Position numbers and translations under genes: made by a program. The notes under the pieces were generated by a model that saw only the letters and a list, made by a program, of their open reading frames with translations, searched no databases and was not told the DNA's origin. From Patescibacteria group bacterium (GTDB lineage: Bacteria > Patescibacteriota > Minisyncoccia > Phycocordibacterales > DATDWN01), in contig JAZKJH010000002.1 of the NCBI GenBank assembly GCA_040384485.1, positions 22,235 to 86,234 of the forward strand: 64,000 bases of DNA, in the 5' to 3' direction. Each line of letters begins with the position of its first letter. The stretch's first letter is position 1. Shown here piece after piece: positions 28,017 through 35,534 of the stretch.

Positions 28017-28289
28017 TTAAGCACTGTGCCAATTATGGTTGTTGTTAGATTTTTTGAATTCATTCCATTCGTCTTCCAGATTGGTCCAGGCACTATCTAC
28101 ACTTCCTTTGAAATCATCCCACTTGTCTTCTGCCACATCCTGCCACTTGTCTAAGTTTCTTTTGAACTCATCTCTAGTGCTCTCATATTGAGAGCGCATG
28201 TTCGACTTCCACTTTGAAGCCTCTTTATCCATGTTTTCTATTTTTGATGAATATCTATTTACATAACTTTCTTGATCTCGATGTGTCAT
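28017..28289 (-). CDS. Hypothetical Trp/acidic-rich small protein
   Basis: 90-aa ORF with no recognisable motifs. Confidence 0.3.
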   Translation of the reverse strand: MTHRDQESYVNRYSSKIENMDKEASKWKSNMRSQYESTRDEFKRNLDKWQDVAEDKWDDFKGSVDSAWTNLEDEWNEFKKSNNNHNWHSA

Positions 28290-28427
28290 GGTTTTTATGG
28301 TTATTTGTAATGTATTAGATATTTAATCTAATTTTAATATTATATTAGATATATGCAACAAAAGTCAATCAGATTTATCTACAGCATGTTAATATAAAGT
28401 TAATAAACTGTGGAAAAGAAAAAAGTC

Positions 28428-29237
28428 TTATTCACAGGCTGTAACTGAGCCGGATTCATAACCTTTATTAAAAGCAGAAATTCTTTGAGCTGAAGAACCA
28501 TGAGTCCAGGATTCTGGATTAACTCTACCTTGGGTTGTTGCTTGGATTCTATCGTCGCCTACAGCCGAAGCAGCATCAATGGCTTCATGTATTTCTCCAG
28601 GCTCAAACACTCCCAAATCTTTAATTGAGTATGCCCATAAACCAGCAAAACAATCCGCTTGCAATTCTGCTTGTATTGACTCGGCATTTGATTGGTCTTG
28701 TCTTAGTCCAAACAACTGTTGTTGAACATGGTGACCAACTTCATGAGCTATAACATATGCTTCGGCCACATCGCCACCAGTTGCACCAAAACGCCTTTGC
28801 AGCTCATCAAAAAAGGTTTCGTCCAGGTAGATAGTCTCGTCCAGTGGACAATAATGCGGGCCTACACTAGAGTCAGCCCCACCACATCCAGATGCAGTAC
28901 CTCCTCGAAACAGCACGAGTTTTGGCTCGTTATAAACTAAGTTATTTCTAGTAAAAACATCGGACCACATATCATTGGCTGAACCTAGTACAGTAGAAAC
29001 AAAAACTTCATATTCATCTGTTCCTTCAAAATCACTAGCGTTATACATCTGTGCATTTTGTGACGATACGTTTTGAAGCTGATTTAAAACATCACCCACA
29101 TCTCCACCCCCAAGAAAGTTCATAAGTAAAACTAGTACTATCCCTGTTATTCCTAAACCCCCGCCTATCATAGTGGCAGGGGATCCACGTCTATCTTCCA
29201 CATTTCCTCGGCCCCCAAGTTTGTTCCATATGGCCAT
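28428..29237 (-). CDS. Putative neutral zinc metallopeptidase (YpfJ-like), membrane-anchored
   Basis: HEVGHHVQ HExxH motif and an N-terminal TM. Confidence 0.65.
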   Translation of the reverse strand: MAIWNKLGGRGNVEDRRGSPATMIGGGLGITGIVLVLLMNFLGGGDVGDVLNQLQNVSSQNAQMYNASDFEGTDEYEVFVSTVLGSANDMWSDVFTRNNLVYNEPKLVLFRGGTASGCGGADSSVGPHYCPLDETIYLDETFFDELQRRFGATGGDVAEAYVIAHEVGHHVQQQLFGLRQDQSNAESIQAELQADCFAGLWAYSIKDLGVFEPGEIHEAIDAASAVGDDRIQATTQGRVNPESWTHGSSAQRISAFNKGYESGSVTACE

Positions 29238-29368
29238 AGTTTTTAAATGAGTTAAGCTTGTAAGTATATATCTTAAAACTTAATATATTTTTAATCAAGT
29301 TTACTTTTTTAAATATATAAAAATAGTCACTTTGTTTAAGAACAACAAAGTGACTATTCGTGTTTGAT

Positions 29369-29740
29369 TCAGGCAATATCCGATGGGTACATGAACTTTC
29401 CACCCGGGTATTTTCTGATTAGTTGAAAAAAAGAACGCAAATCATCTCGACCAGCCTCTGGTGTAAAGACGATAATGTCCAAAAGCTCATCTTTCCTGCT
29501 CGGTTCTTCCGAGCCACTCAAGAGCTGAATACCATTTGGTAGGTATTGCGCTGCGAGACGCACTAAGTGTGGATTGGCAGAAGGAGGAATTGCATGATGC
29601 ATGTAGGAACTGATGAGCGCCTTGAGTAGATCTGCAAGCGCTGCTGGCAATTCCTGGCTTCGCACACGTCCCTCAAGGTCTTGCCAGAACTCTGAGCGTA
29701 AAACAGTGAGAGGTTGTTCGCTAGTTGTGGTTGTTGTCAA
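29369..29740 (-). CDS. Hypothetical protein (GC-rich island)
   Basis: GC-rich 123-aa ORF. Confidence 0.35.
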   Translation of the reverse strand: MTTTTTSEQPLTVLRSEFWQDLEGRVRSQELPAALADLLKALISSYMHHAIPPSANPHLVRLAAQYLPNGIQLLSGSEEPSRKDELLDIIVFTPEAGRDDLRSFFQLIRKYPGGKFMYPSDIA

Positions 29741-29762
29741 CGTGTTCTCCTCGGAAAAGAAT

Positions 29763-30065
29763 CTATCTGCTGAAAATGAAATGAGCTTCGTAGTTTTCGT
29801 TATAGCCAGGTGAGTCGTACTTCACTTTCCATCCTGCTGCCCGGTATGCTTCTTCAACGTTCAGCCACTTACTTGAAAACCTGCGACTACCGTTCAGTTT
29901 TGCAATGATGAGTTTGGAAACTTCGGGAGTTTCGATTTTTGCCCTACCATCGGCAAAGTTTTGAGCGATGAGCTCATCGAAAGCCTCAAAGACCTCAGGT
30001 GGGAAACTTTCTCGCTGTCTTGCTCCAACCTCACTCGGCTTCATAGGTCCAGTACGTTTAGCCAT
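29763..30065 (-). CDS. Hypothetical protein (GC-rich island)
   Basis: GC-rich 100-aa ORF, 23 bp upstream of the previous gene on the same strand. Confidence 0.35.
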   Translation of the reverse strand: MAKRTGPMKPSEVGARQRESFPPEVFEAFDELIAQNFADGRAKIETPEVSKLIIAKLNGSRRFSSKWLNVEEAYRAAGWKVKYDSPGYNENYEAHFIFSR

Positions 30066-30114
30066 TCGGCCTCCTTTGGAACATTACCATTTATATGAGA
30101 TATGTCAAATAAAA

Positions 30115-31020
30115 CTAATCAAATATTTTTATTAGATACTGGTTGATTTCTCTCTGGTCTAAGTCGTAAAAGAATTTATTTTCATTACGTAATTTGGTTG
30201 CAAGTTCAACACCGACGAAACGCCAATGCCATGGTTCGTATTGATAAAAAGTGTTGTTTTTAGGGTAGGAGAGTATGAACCCGAAACGATGGGCGTTTTT
30301 TGTCAGCCATTCATATCCTTGAGTCTTATCGAAACTGTTTAAGAGTTCACCTGCAGTGGAGTTAGTAAAATCCACAGTACTTCCAAGTTGGTGTTCCGAG
30401 TATCCCTGGTCTGCAGAAAATTGGTTTGCACCGGATCCATAGACTATTTTGTAGTTAGCTTTCAGGTTCGCCTGAGTATTGAATGAACGATATCCAGATA
30501 AAACTAGAAGATTAACTCCCTCAGCTTCCGCAGTTTTAATCATGTTTTCCAAGTAAGGTTTTACGTTGGAGTGAATGGTTTCAGGTTTGTCCTTCCTTAA
30601 TAAAAAGGTCGTCTCTATGGGTGCCAAAGAAGAGGGGAGAAAATACTCGTTCAAAAAATATACCTTCGAATATTTCTGAAGGAGTTCCTCATCAGTTTTA
30701 CTAAGCTTGTCTAGAATACCAACAGTAGATGATAGAGACTGAATTTGCTGGAAAAAAGAATCGTTTCGTAAAGTCTCTCCAGTTAGTTTGGTGTAAAGCT
30801 CAGAGTTCTCTGTTTTTGCAACTAGTAGATGTTGAGTTTTTTCTTCCAGTGCTTTGGTTGTAGAGGCGAGTTCGTTTTGTGTGGCAAGTAAGTTAGTATT
30901 CAAGTCTTTGTATCTAAAACTGCCGAATACAATAAAACCAATGAGTGCTAAAAGTACCAAACTTAGTATGTATGTAGAAGCGGGTATTGAAGACAAATAA
31001 TATTTAAATTTGTGGGACAT
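30115..31020 (-). CDS. M15-family D-alanyl-D-alanine carboxypeptidase (VanY-like), with an N-terminal TM and a coiled-coil
   Basis: SGYRSF..Q, SEHQLGSTVDF and EPWHWRFVG (zinc-binding H/D/H) motifs. Confidence 0.7.
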   Translation of the reverse strand: MSHKFKYYLSSIPASTYILSLVLLALIGFIVFGSFRYKDLNTNLLATQNELASTTKALEEKTQHLLVAKTENSELYTKLTGETLRNDSFFQQIQSLSSTVGILDKLSKTDEELLQKYSKVYFLNEYFLPSSLAPIETTFLLRKDKPETIHSNVKPYLENMIKTAEAEGVNLLVLSGYRSFNTQANLKANYKIVYGSGANQFSADQGYSEHQLGSTVDFTNSTAGELLNSFDKTQGYEWLTKNAHRFGFILSYPKNNTFYQYEPWHWRFVGVELATKLRNENKFFYDLDQREINQYLIKIFD

Positions 31021-31067
31021 AAATACAATTATAGCATGTCCAAAAACTATGTTTTATATAAAGCAAA

Positions 31068-31108
31068 ACCCGCGCGATTGCACGGATCGTGCTATCGGCG
31101 GGTGTTTT
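31068..31108 (-). terminator. GC-rich long hairpin (acccgcgcgattgcacg...cgtgctatcggcgggt) terminating the minus-strand genes of island 31120..32438
   Basis: Imperfect about 15-bp stem, followed on the minus strand by a T-rich tract. Confidence 0.45.
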
Positions 31109-31119
31109 GAGAGAGTTAT

Positions 31120-31323
31120 TTATTTCTTCTGACGTTTCTCCCATTTGTCCAGAGCCTTAACTGCCTGGGCAAAGGTCAGATCACCCTCACGGAATGCATT
31201 TAGGATGCCACCCGGGGTGGAGCTGTAACCCACCTTTAAATGGCGTGGTTTCTTTTTCAGAATTTTAGAGATTATGTTCGCTGTCTCGACTAAACCTCTC
31301 CACTCGTTGTCTGTCTTCGGCAT
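31120..31323 (-). CDS. Hypothetical small basic protein (GC-rich island)
   Basis: 67-aa ORF with shifted GC. Confidence 0.3.
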   Translation of the reverse strand: MPKTDNEWRGLVETANIISKILKKKPRHLKVGYSSTPGGILNAFREGDLTFAQAVKALDKWEKRQKK

Positions 31324-31493
31324 CGGACCTCCCGCTGTTAGAATGACATAATAAAATTATAATGTCAAACATGGTGGTTGATAGTGCAGTTTTTATTCAT
31401 AAGAATCATTTTGAAGGAACATTTCACAAGAAAACATGTAAAAAAAGAGCCCGTGCAGAGGGGGTGTAATACTACACGAACTCTTTCACGGAC

Positions 31494-31892
31494 TCAAACC
31501 TCGCAACCTTCCTTGCGAAGGGCTTCGAGGTATTCGGGTGTCGGACGCTTTGCTTCCGCCGCTTCCTCAATCTGGCTGTCTTTGGCTACAAAGGTGCGAA
31601 GGGCATCCAGGATTTGGGGGACAAGGATTTCCCACGAAAACATTGGACTTTTCAACATCTGGATTTGATATCGGTTGTAGGAAATCCTCTCTTCCATTCC
31701 ATCCAGGGCACTGATTGCCTGAGAGAAGTTGATGAGACCATCAGTGTTGATAGCTTCTTTCTCAAACTCCTCTTTGGCACGATCGGAGATGCTGAAGTGA
31801 GAAAAAACAAGGATGCTTCCACGAATGAGACGTTGATCGACGTGAATCTGCAAGCAGTTGGGATTCGGACAATATTCAATCTGGTATTTCAA
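31494..31892 (-). CDS. Hypothetical protein (GC-rich island), N-terminal YCPNPNC zinc-finger-like motif
   Basis: 132-aa ORF. Confidence 0.35.
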   Translation of the reverse strand: MKYQIEYCPNPNCLQIHVDQRLIRGSILVFSHFSISDRAKEEFEKEAINTDGLINFSQAISALDGMEERISYNRYQIQMLKSPMFSWEILVPQILDALRTFVAKDSQIEEAAEAKRPTPEYLEALRKEGCEV

Positions 31893-32021
31893 AACTCACC
31901 TCCAAAGTTGGTCTAATAAAAAGCTAGCACAATTTTAGCATGTGTCAATGTGTACTCTGAGGCTATGGGTATTTTTGAGATACAGAAACCGCTCGCATAG
32001 CGAGCGGTGGTCTTTGAATCT

Positions 32022-32438
32022 CTAGAGTTTGCGGCAATTGATTGCCCAAACAATGGCTTTCCATTCTTCTTTTGTAAGCTTCGACTTGCCTAGCTTTGCT
32101 GTTCTTAATGTCTGAGAGATTGATTTCTTACGCTCCTTCTCTCGGTCTCTCTCCGCGCGAGCTTTCAATCTTTCTGCATGTTTACCGAAGCAGTCGGGTT
32201 GTCCCATGAGAAGTCTGACATTTTGTTTGTAACGCTCACAGAGTCCTTTGTACTTCTCAGTTTCGAAACTTCGGCTTGAATCCTGCCTCGCTCGAGTTAT
32301 TAGTTTTTTCGCATGGCTCCCGTAGCAATCTGGTGATCGATCGTCCGAGTACACGACCTTTTCATTGTACTTACCACAAAGAAATTCGTATTCCCGGATA
32401 TCGTCAGAGATTGCACTCATAATACTGCCCATATACAC
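32022..32438 (-). CDS. Hypothetical protein with an internal repeat of P-D-C-[YF]-G-x-H-A-[KE]-[KR]-L...RA (GC-rich island)
   Basis: ...SPDCYGSHAKKLITRAR... and ...QPDCFGKHAERLKARAERD... are both present. Confidence 0.35.
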   Translation of the reverse strand: MYMGSIMSAISDDIREYEFLCGKYNEKVVYSDDRSPDCYGSHAKKLITRARQDSSRSFETEKYKGLCERYKQNVRLLMGQPDCFGKHAERLKARAERDREKERKKSISQTLRTAKLGKSKLTKEEWKAIVWAINCRKL

Positions 32439-32501
32439 CTCTACTTTTAAAGATAGGGTTTAGTGATAAAAAAGTCAAATAATGGATTTTTAAATGTGTT
32501 C

Positions 32502-32554
32502 CACAGCTTTACTCCCGCAACGCAAAAAACGCCTTTCGGCGTTTCTCTTGCTCC
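32502..32554. repeat. Direct repeat copy 1 (53 nt, 3 mismatches) of the tRNA-Asn 3'-flank terminator plus the last 4 nt of the tRNA
   Basis: cacagctttactcccgcaacgcaaaaaacgcctttcggcgtttctcttgctcc versus 32942..32994. Confidence 0.7.
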
Positions 32555-32607
32555 AAACTTGTAACTATGTTCGAAATGGTATATCAGAAGGATAGACGGG
32601 AATTAAA

Positions 32608-32745
32608 TTAAAACTTAACCACTAATAGAACACCTATAACAATAGCTGCGATTGCAGAAATTACCCCTGAGTGCTTAAAGGGATAAAAATGGCTTATACC
32701 AAAAACAAGAAAGAATACGACTTGAGCGATAGTGAGTAGTGACAT
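32608..32745 (-). CDS. Possible 45-aa hydrophobic micropeptide lying between the two direct repeats
   Basis: The minus-strand ORF MSLLTIAQVVFFLVFGISHFYPFKHSGVISAIAAIVIGVLLVVKF is not in the ORF track (under 60 aa). Speculative. Confidence 0.2.
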   Translation of the reverse strand: MSLLTIAQVVFFLVFGISHFYPFKHSGVISAIAAIVIGVLLVVKF

Positions 32746-32941
32746 ACAAGAAAAATGTTAAAAAACTTTATAATAGATGCTTTTATAATTATAGCATGAA
32801 CAAACTTTTCATATGTGCTTTCCTGGCTACTGCGGGGAGGGGTATCGAAACTTACAGTTTCAGTACACCTTTTCTATTTTTTACTTCACAAAGTTTGTAA
32901 AAAATTATCACAGGTTTTCGATCCCTAACGTAAAGCTGTAA

Positions 32942-32994
32942 CACAGCTTTACTCACGCAACGCAAAAAACGCCTTTCAGCGTTTTTCTTGCTCC
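32942..32994. repeat. Direct repeat copy 2; this one is the functional terminator of tRNA-Asn and overlaps the tRNA 3' end
   Basis: cacagctttactcacgcaacgcaaaaaacgcctttcagcgtttttcttgctcc. Confidence 0.7.
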
Positions 32995-33062
32995 GCGGGT
33001 AGGGATCGAACCTACGACCAATCGCTTAACAGGCGATTGCTCTACCACTGAGCTACCGCGGA
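32991..33062 (-). tRNA. tRNA-Asn (anticodon GTT)
   Basis: Reverse complement TCCGCGGTAGCTCAGTGGTAGAGCAATCGCCTGTTAAGCGATTGGTCGTAGGTTCGATCCCTACCCGCGGAG: 7-bp acceptor stem, anticodon loop CTGTTAA, T-loop TTCGATC. Confidence 0.85.
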
Positions 33063-33201
33063 ATGGGGTGTTTGTTGGTTGCAAACACAAAATCATAATA
33101 TCAAAAATAGAGGATAATGCAATTAAATGCAGACATGCCAACAAAAACTGGTAGCTTATATTGACTTTTAATATAAATATAGTATAATATAAGAGGAGAC
33201 A

Positions 33202-33489
33202 ATGATGAATAGAAACTCTTTGTGGATGGCCATTTCAGGCGTCACAGGGTTTCTATTCTTCCTTGTGGCTAACTTATCCGAACTGTTTGTCGGACTTAAC
33301 TTACTTGCAGGGTCGTTGCAACTCTGCCTCAATATCTTCGTGTTTACGGTTTGGCTAAAAGCTTTCCGTGAATTAAAAGGCTTGAAAAAATTTGTGGCTT
33401 TTTGGGGAGTCTGTGTGCCAGTCGTAATGGCTAGTTACACTCTCTACAAGGTTTTTCTACCGACTTTGCAGCAATACATGCGAAGCTAA
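33202..33489 (+). CDS. Small three-TM membrane protein
   Basis: Hydrophobic 95-aa ORF followed by a terminator. Confidence 0.35.
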   Translation: MMNRNSLWMAISGVTGFLFFLVANLSELFVGLNLLAGSLQLCLNIFVFTVWLKAFRELKGLKKFVAFWGVCVPVVMASYTLYKVFLPTLQQYMRS

Positions 33490-33490
33490 C

Positions 33491-33523
33491 ACCCTCAAGG
33501 AGTCTATCCTTGAGGGTTTTTTC
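33491..33523 (+). terminator. Intrinsic terminator accctcaagga-gtctat-ccttgagggt followed by T6
   Basis: Perfect 10-bp stem. Confidence 0.7.
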
Positions 33524-33585
33524 ATGTTATTTTAATTATCCACTTTTATGTTTGTCCGAGTTTTTTGAGGTGATATAATGAACTT

Positions 33586-33957
33586 ATGAATATAAAAATA
33601 CGTTCAACAAATTTCGAATTAACACCAGCTATAGAAGAATACGTATACAAAAAACTTTCTTCTCTAGATAAGTTTTTCGTAAGTGAAGCGTTATGTGAGG
33701 TAGAGATAGGTAAGTCTACGAATGCACATAAAACAGGAGATATATTCAAAGCTGAAATAAATATAGTTGGAGGCGGGATAGACCAAGTGTATGTCACAAC
33801 TGAAGAAATAGATTTATATACTGCAATAGATATTGTTCGAGATGAGGCAGAAAGAAGTATCGTTAATAAAAAGAAAAAGAAGGACACCATGATAAGAAAG
33901 GGAGGAGCGATGGTAAAAAATTTACTTAAACGATTGGACTTTAGAAAACCACGCTAA
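33586..33957 (+). CDS. hpf: Ribosome hibernation promoting factor (HPF/RaiA family)
   Basis: MNIKIRSTNFELTPAIEEYVYKKL... canonical N-terminus. Confidence 0.85.
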   Translation: MNIKIRSTNFELTPAIEEYVYKKLSSLDKFFVSEALCEVEIGKSTNAHKTGDIFKAEINIVGGGIDQVYVTTEEIDLYTAIDIVRDEAERSIVNKKKKKDTMIRKGGAMVKNLLKRLDFRKPR

Positions 33958-34121
33958 TGGAATTATCGAATCGATTAAAACAGAAGGCAAGTAATGGCTT
34001 GGTGCTGTTTGTTCTAGCTTGCACTATTATAATTGTCGGACTGCTGTATGTTATGCAAAAAGCAGAAGCGACTCGGGAACACTTGAATGAACAATCAGAC
34101 TTCGAAAGTTATTTGAATTAA
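33957..34121 (+). CDS. Small single-TM protein (54 aa) translationally coupled to hpf
   Basis: TAATG overlap at 33955-33959; hydrophobic core LVLFVLACTIIIVGLLYV. Confidence 0.3.
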   Translation: MELSNRLKQKASNGLVLFVLACTIIIVGLLYVMQKAEATREHLNEQSDFESYLN

Positions 34122-34990
34122 TGTATTCCGTTTAGATAATCCTGATGCGCTATTTCTTTGCCTCCCTCAGGGGTAACTTTTTCTATAGTAAAAACTCCGT
34201 TCTGAATACTAGCTTTTCTTATTACCACCCGCTTGTTTTTGTTGTTTAAGTCAAAAAAATGTGGGTTTAAATGTTGATATGCTCTTACTTTTTTAATATT
34301 AACAACTGGGTCGTCACTAAGGTTAACTAAGGCATCTTTTTTGTCTAATTTTTGGCAGAACGTAGCCAGACTATGGTTTTGCTCTAAGGGTTCTATTGTT
34401 CTATTTATTATTTTTTCAAAAACAGGAATTAAAATTTCTACACTTTTTTTAGCAAGTTTCTGCTCGAGGTCGTCGGCATATGGCGGATTATTTTCCTCTA
34501 TATCAACTGTCTTTTCTTGTGCCAGTATTGGTCCGTGATCCATCTCTTCATCAAGTTTAATAATAGTTACACCGGTTTCCTTTTCTGACAAAATTGCACT
34601 CTCAATAGGGGAGGCTCCTCGAAGTTTTGGAAGAAGGGAAGGATGCACGTTTATTGTTCCGTGTTCCGGTATATCTAAAATGTTTTTAGGTATTATTTTT
34701 CCATAAGAAGCTACTACAGTAAGATCAATATTATCCCCTGAAGTTTTTTTTATTTCTTGAAACGCCTCATCGGTTCTCAAGGTTTTCAGTTGAAGAAAAG
34801 GTATTTTGTTCGATTCAGCCCATATTTTTACCGGGGGTGGGGTTAAAACAAGTTTTCTTCCCTGAGGTTTGTCCTCTGTTGTGACAACAAGCATCGGCAT
34901 AATGCCATACTTTTTTAGCTCATCAAGAATAATTACAGAAAACTTGGATGTTCCAAAGAAAATCCATTTCAATTTATTTAGTTGTTCCAT
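34118..34990 (-). CDS. fmt: Methionyl-tRNA formyltransferase
   Basis: N-terminal Rossmann (IFFGTSKFS), the HPSLLPKLRG motif and a C-terminal domain. Confidence 0.85.
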   Translation of the reverse strand: MEQLNKLKWIFFGTSKFSVIILDELKKYGIMPMLVVTTEDKPQGRKLVLTPPPVKIWAESNKIPFLQLKTLRTDEAFQEIKKTSGDNIDLTVVASYGKIIPKNILDIPEHGTINVHPSLLPKLRGASPIESAILSEKETGVTIIKLDEEMDHGPILAQEKTVDIEENNPPYADDLEQKLAKKSVEILIPVFEKIINRTIEPLEQNHSLATFCQKLDKKDALVNLSDDPVVNIKKVRAYQHLNPHFFDLNNKNKRVVIRKASIQNGVFTIEKVTPEGGKEIAHQDYLNGIH

Positions 34991-35525
34991 CTTTTTTGGG
35001 TAAGATTTCTTCTAAATCTTTTGCTTTATCTATAAAAAGGATACCGTCCAGGTGATCTATCTCATGCTGGAATATTTGTGCCAAAAGTCCAGTTCCTCCT
35101 CGGCTAAATTTTTTTCCGTTTTCGTCCAATGCCTCAACAGTTGCTTTTTCTGACCTTTTAACTTTTCCGTATAGATATCTAACTGAAAGACAACCTTCTT
35201 CTAGAACTTTCTTTTCTTTGGATATTTTTTTAATAATTGGGTTGATGTATACAGAGTCTTTATATAGTGATTCCGTTTCTGGAGTAACCTTTTTGTTCAT
35301 CATTGCCACCTTCCTAGAAACAACAAAAATTCGGAGTGAATATCCTATCTGGGGAGCAGCAATAGCCACACCATCGTCTTGGGAATCAAGAGATTCTCTC
35401 ATCTCCTTTAGGATTTTCTGTATTTTACTGTAAGGGATTTCCCGAGGGTCTACTTCTTTGGCGACCTCACGAAGTACCGCGGAGTCTTTTTGGACTATTT
35501 TCTTCATAAGGTTAAAATACCACAA
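34974..35525 (-). CDS. def: Peptide deformylase
   Basis: GVAIAAPQIG, EGCLS and HEIDHLDG motifs; overlaps the fmt start. Confidence 0.85.
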   Translation of the reverse strand: MWYFNLMKKIVQKDSAVLREVAKEVDPREIPYSKIQKILKEMRESLDSQDDGVAIAAPQIGYSLRIFVVSRKVAMMNKKVTPETESLYKDSVYINPIIKKISKEKKVLEEGCLSVRYLYGKVKRSEKATVEALDENGKKFSRGGTGLLAQIFQHEIDHLDGILFIDKAKDLEEILPKKDGTTK

Positions 35526-35534
35526 AAAAAACCA

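Noticed and set aside
27181-28289. Cluster of small stress-type proteins (GlsB/YeaQ, DUF1269, W-rich protein) as a possible novel system
   Set aside because: These are common general-stress membrane or small proteins in native composition. Nothing links them beyond proximity.
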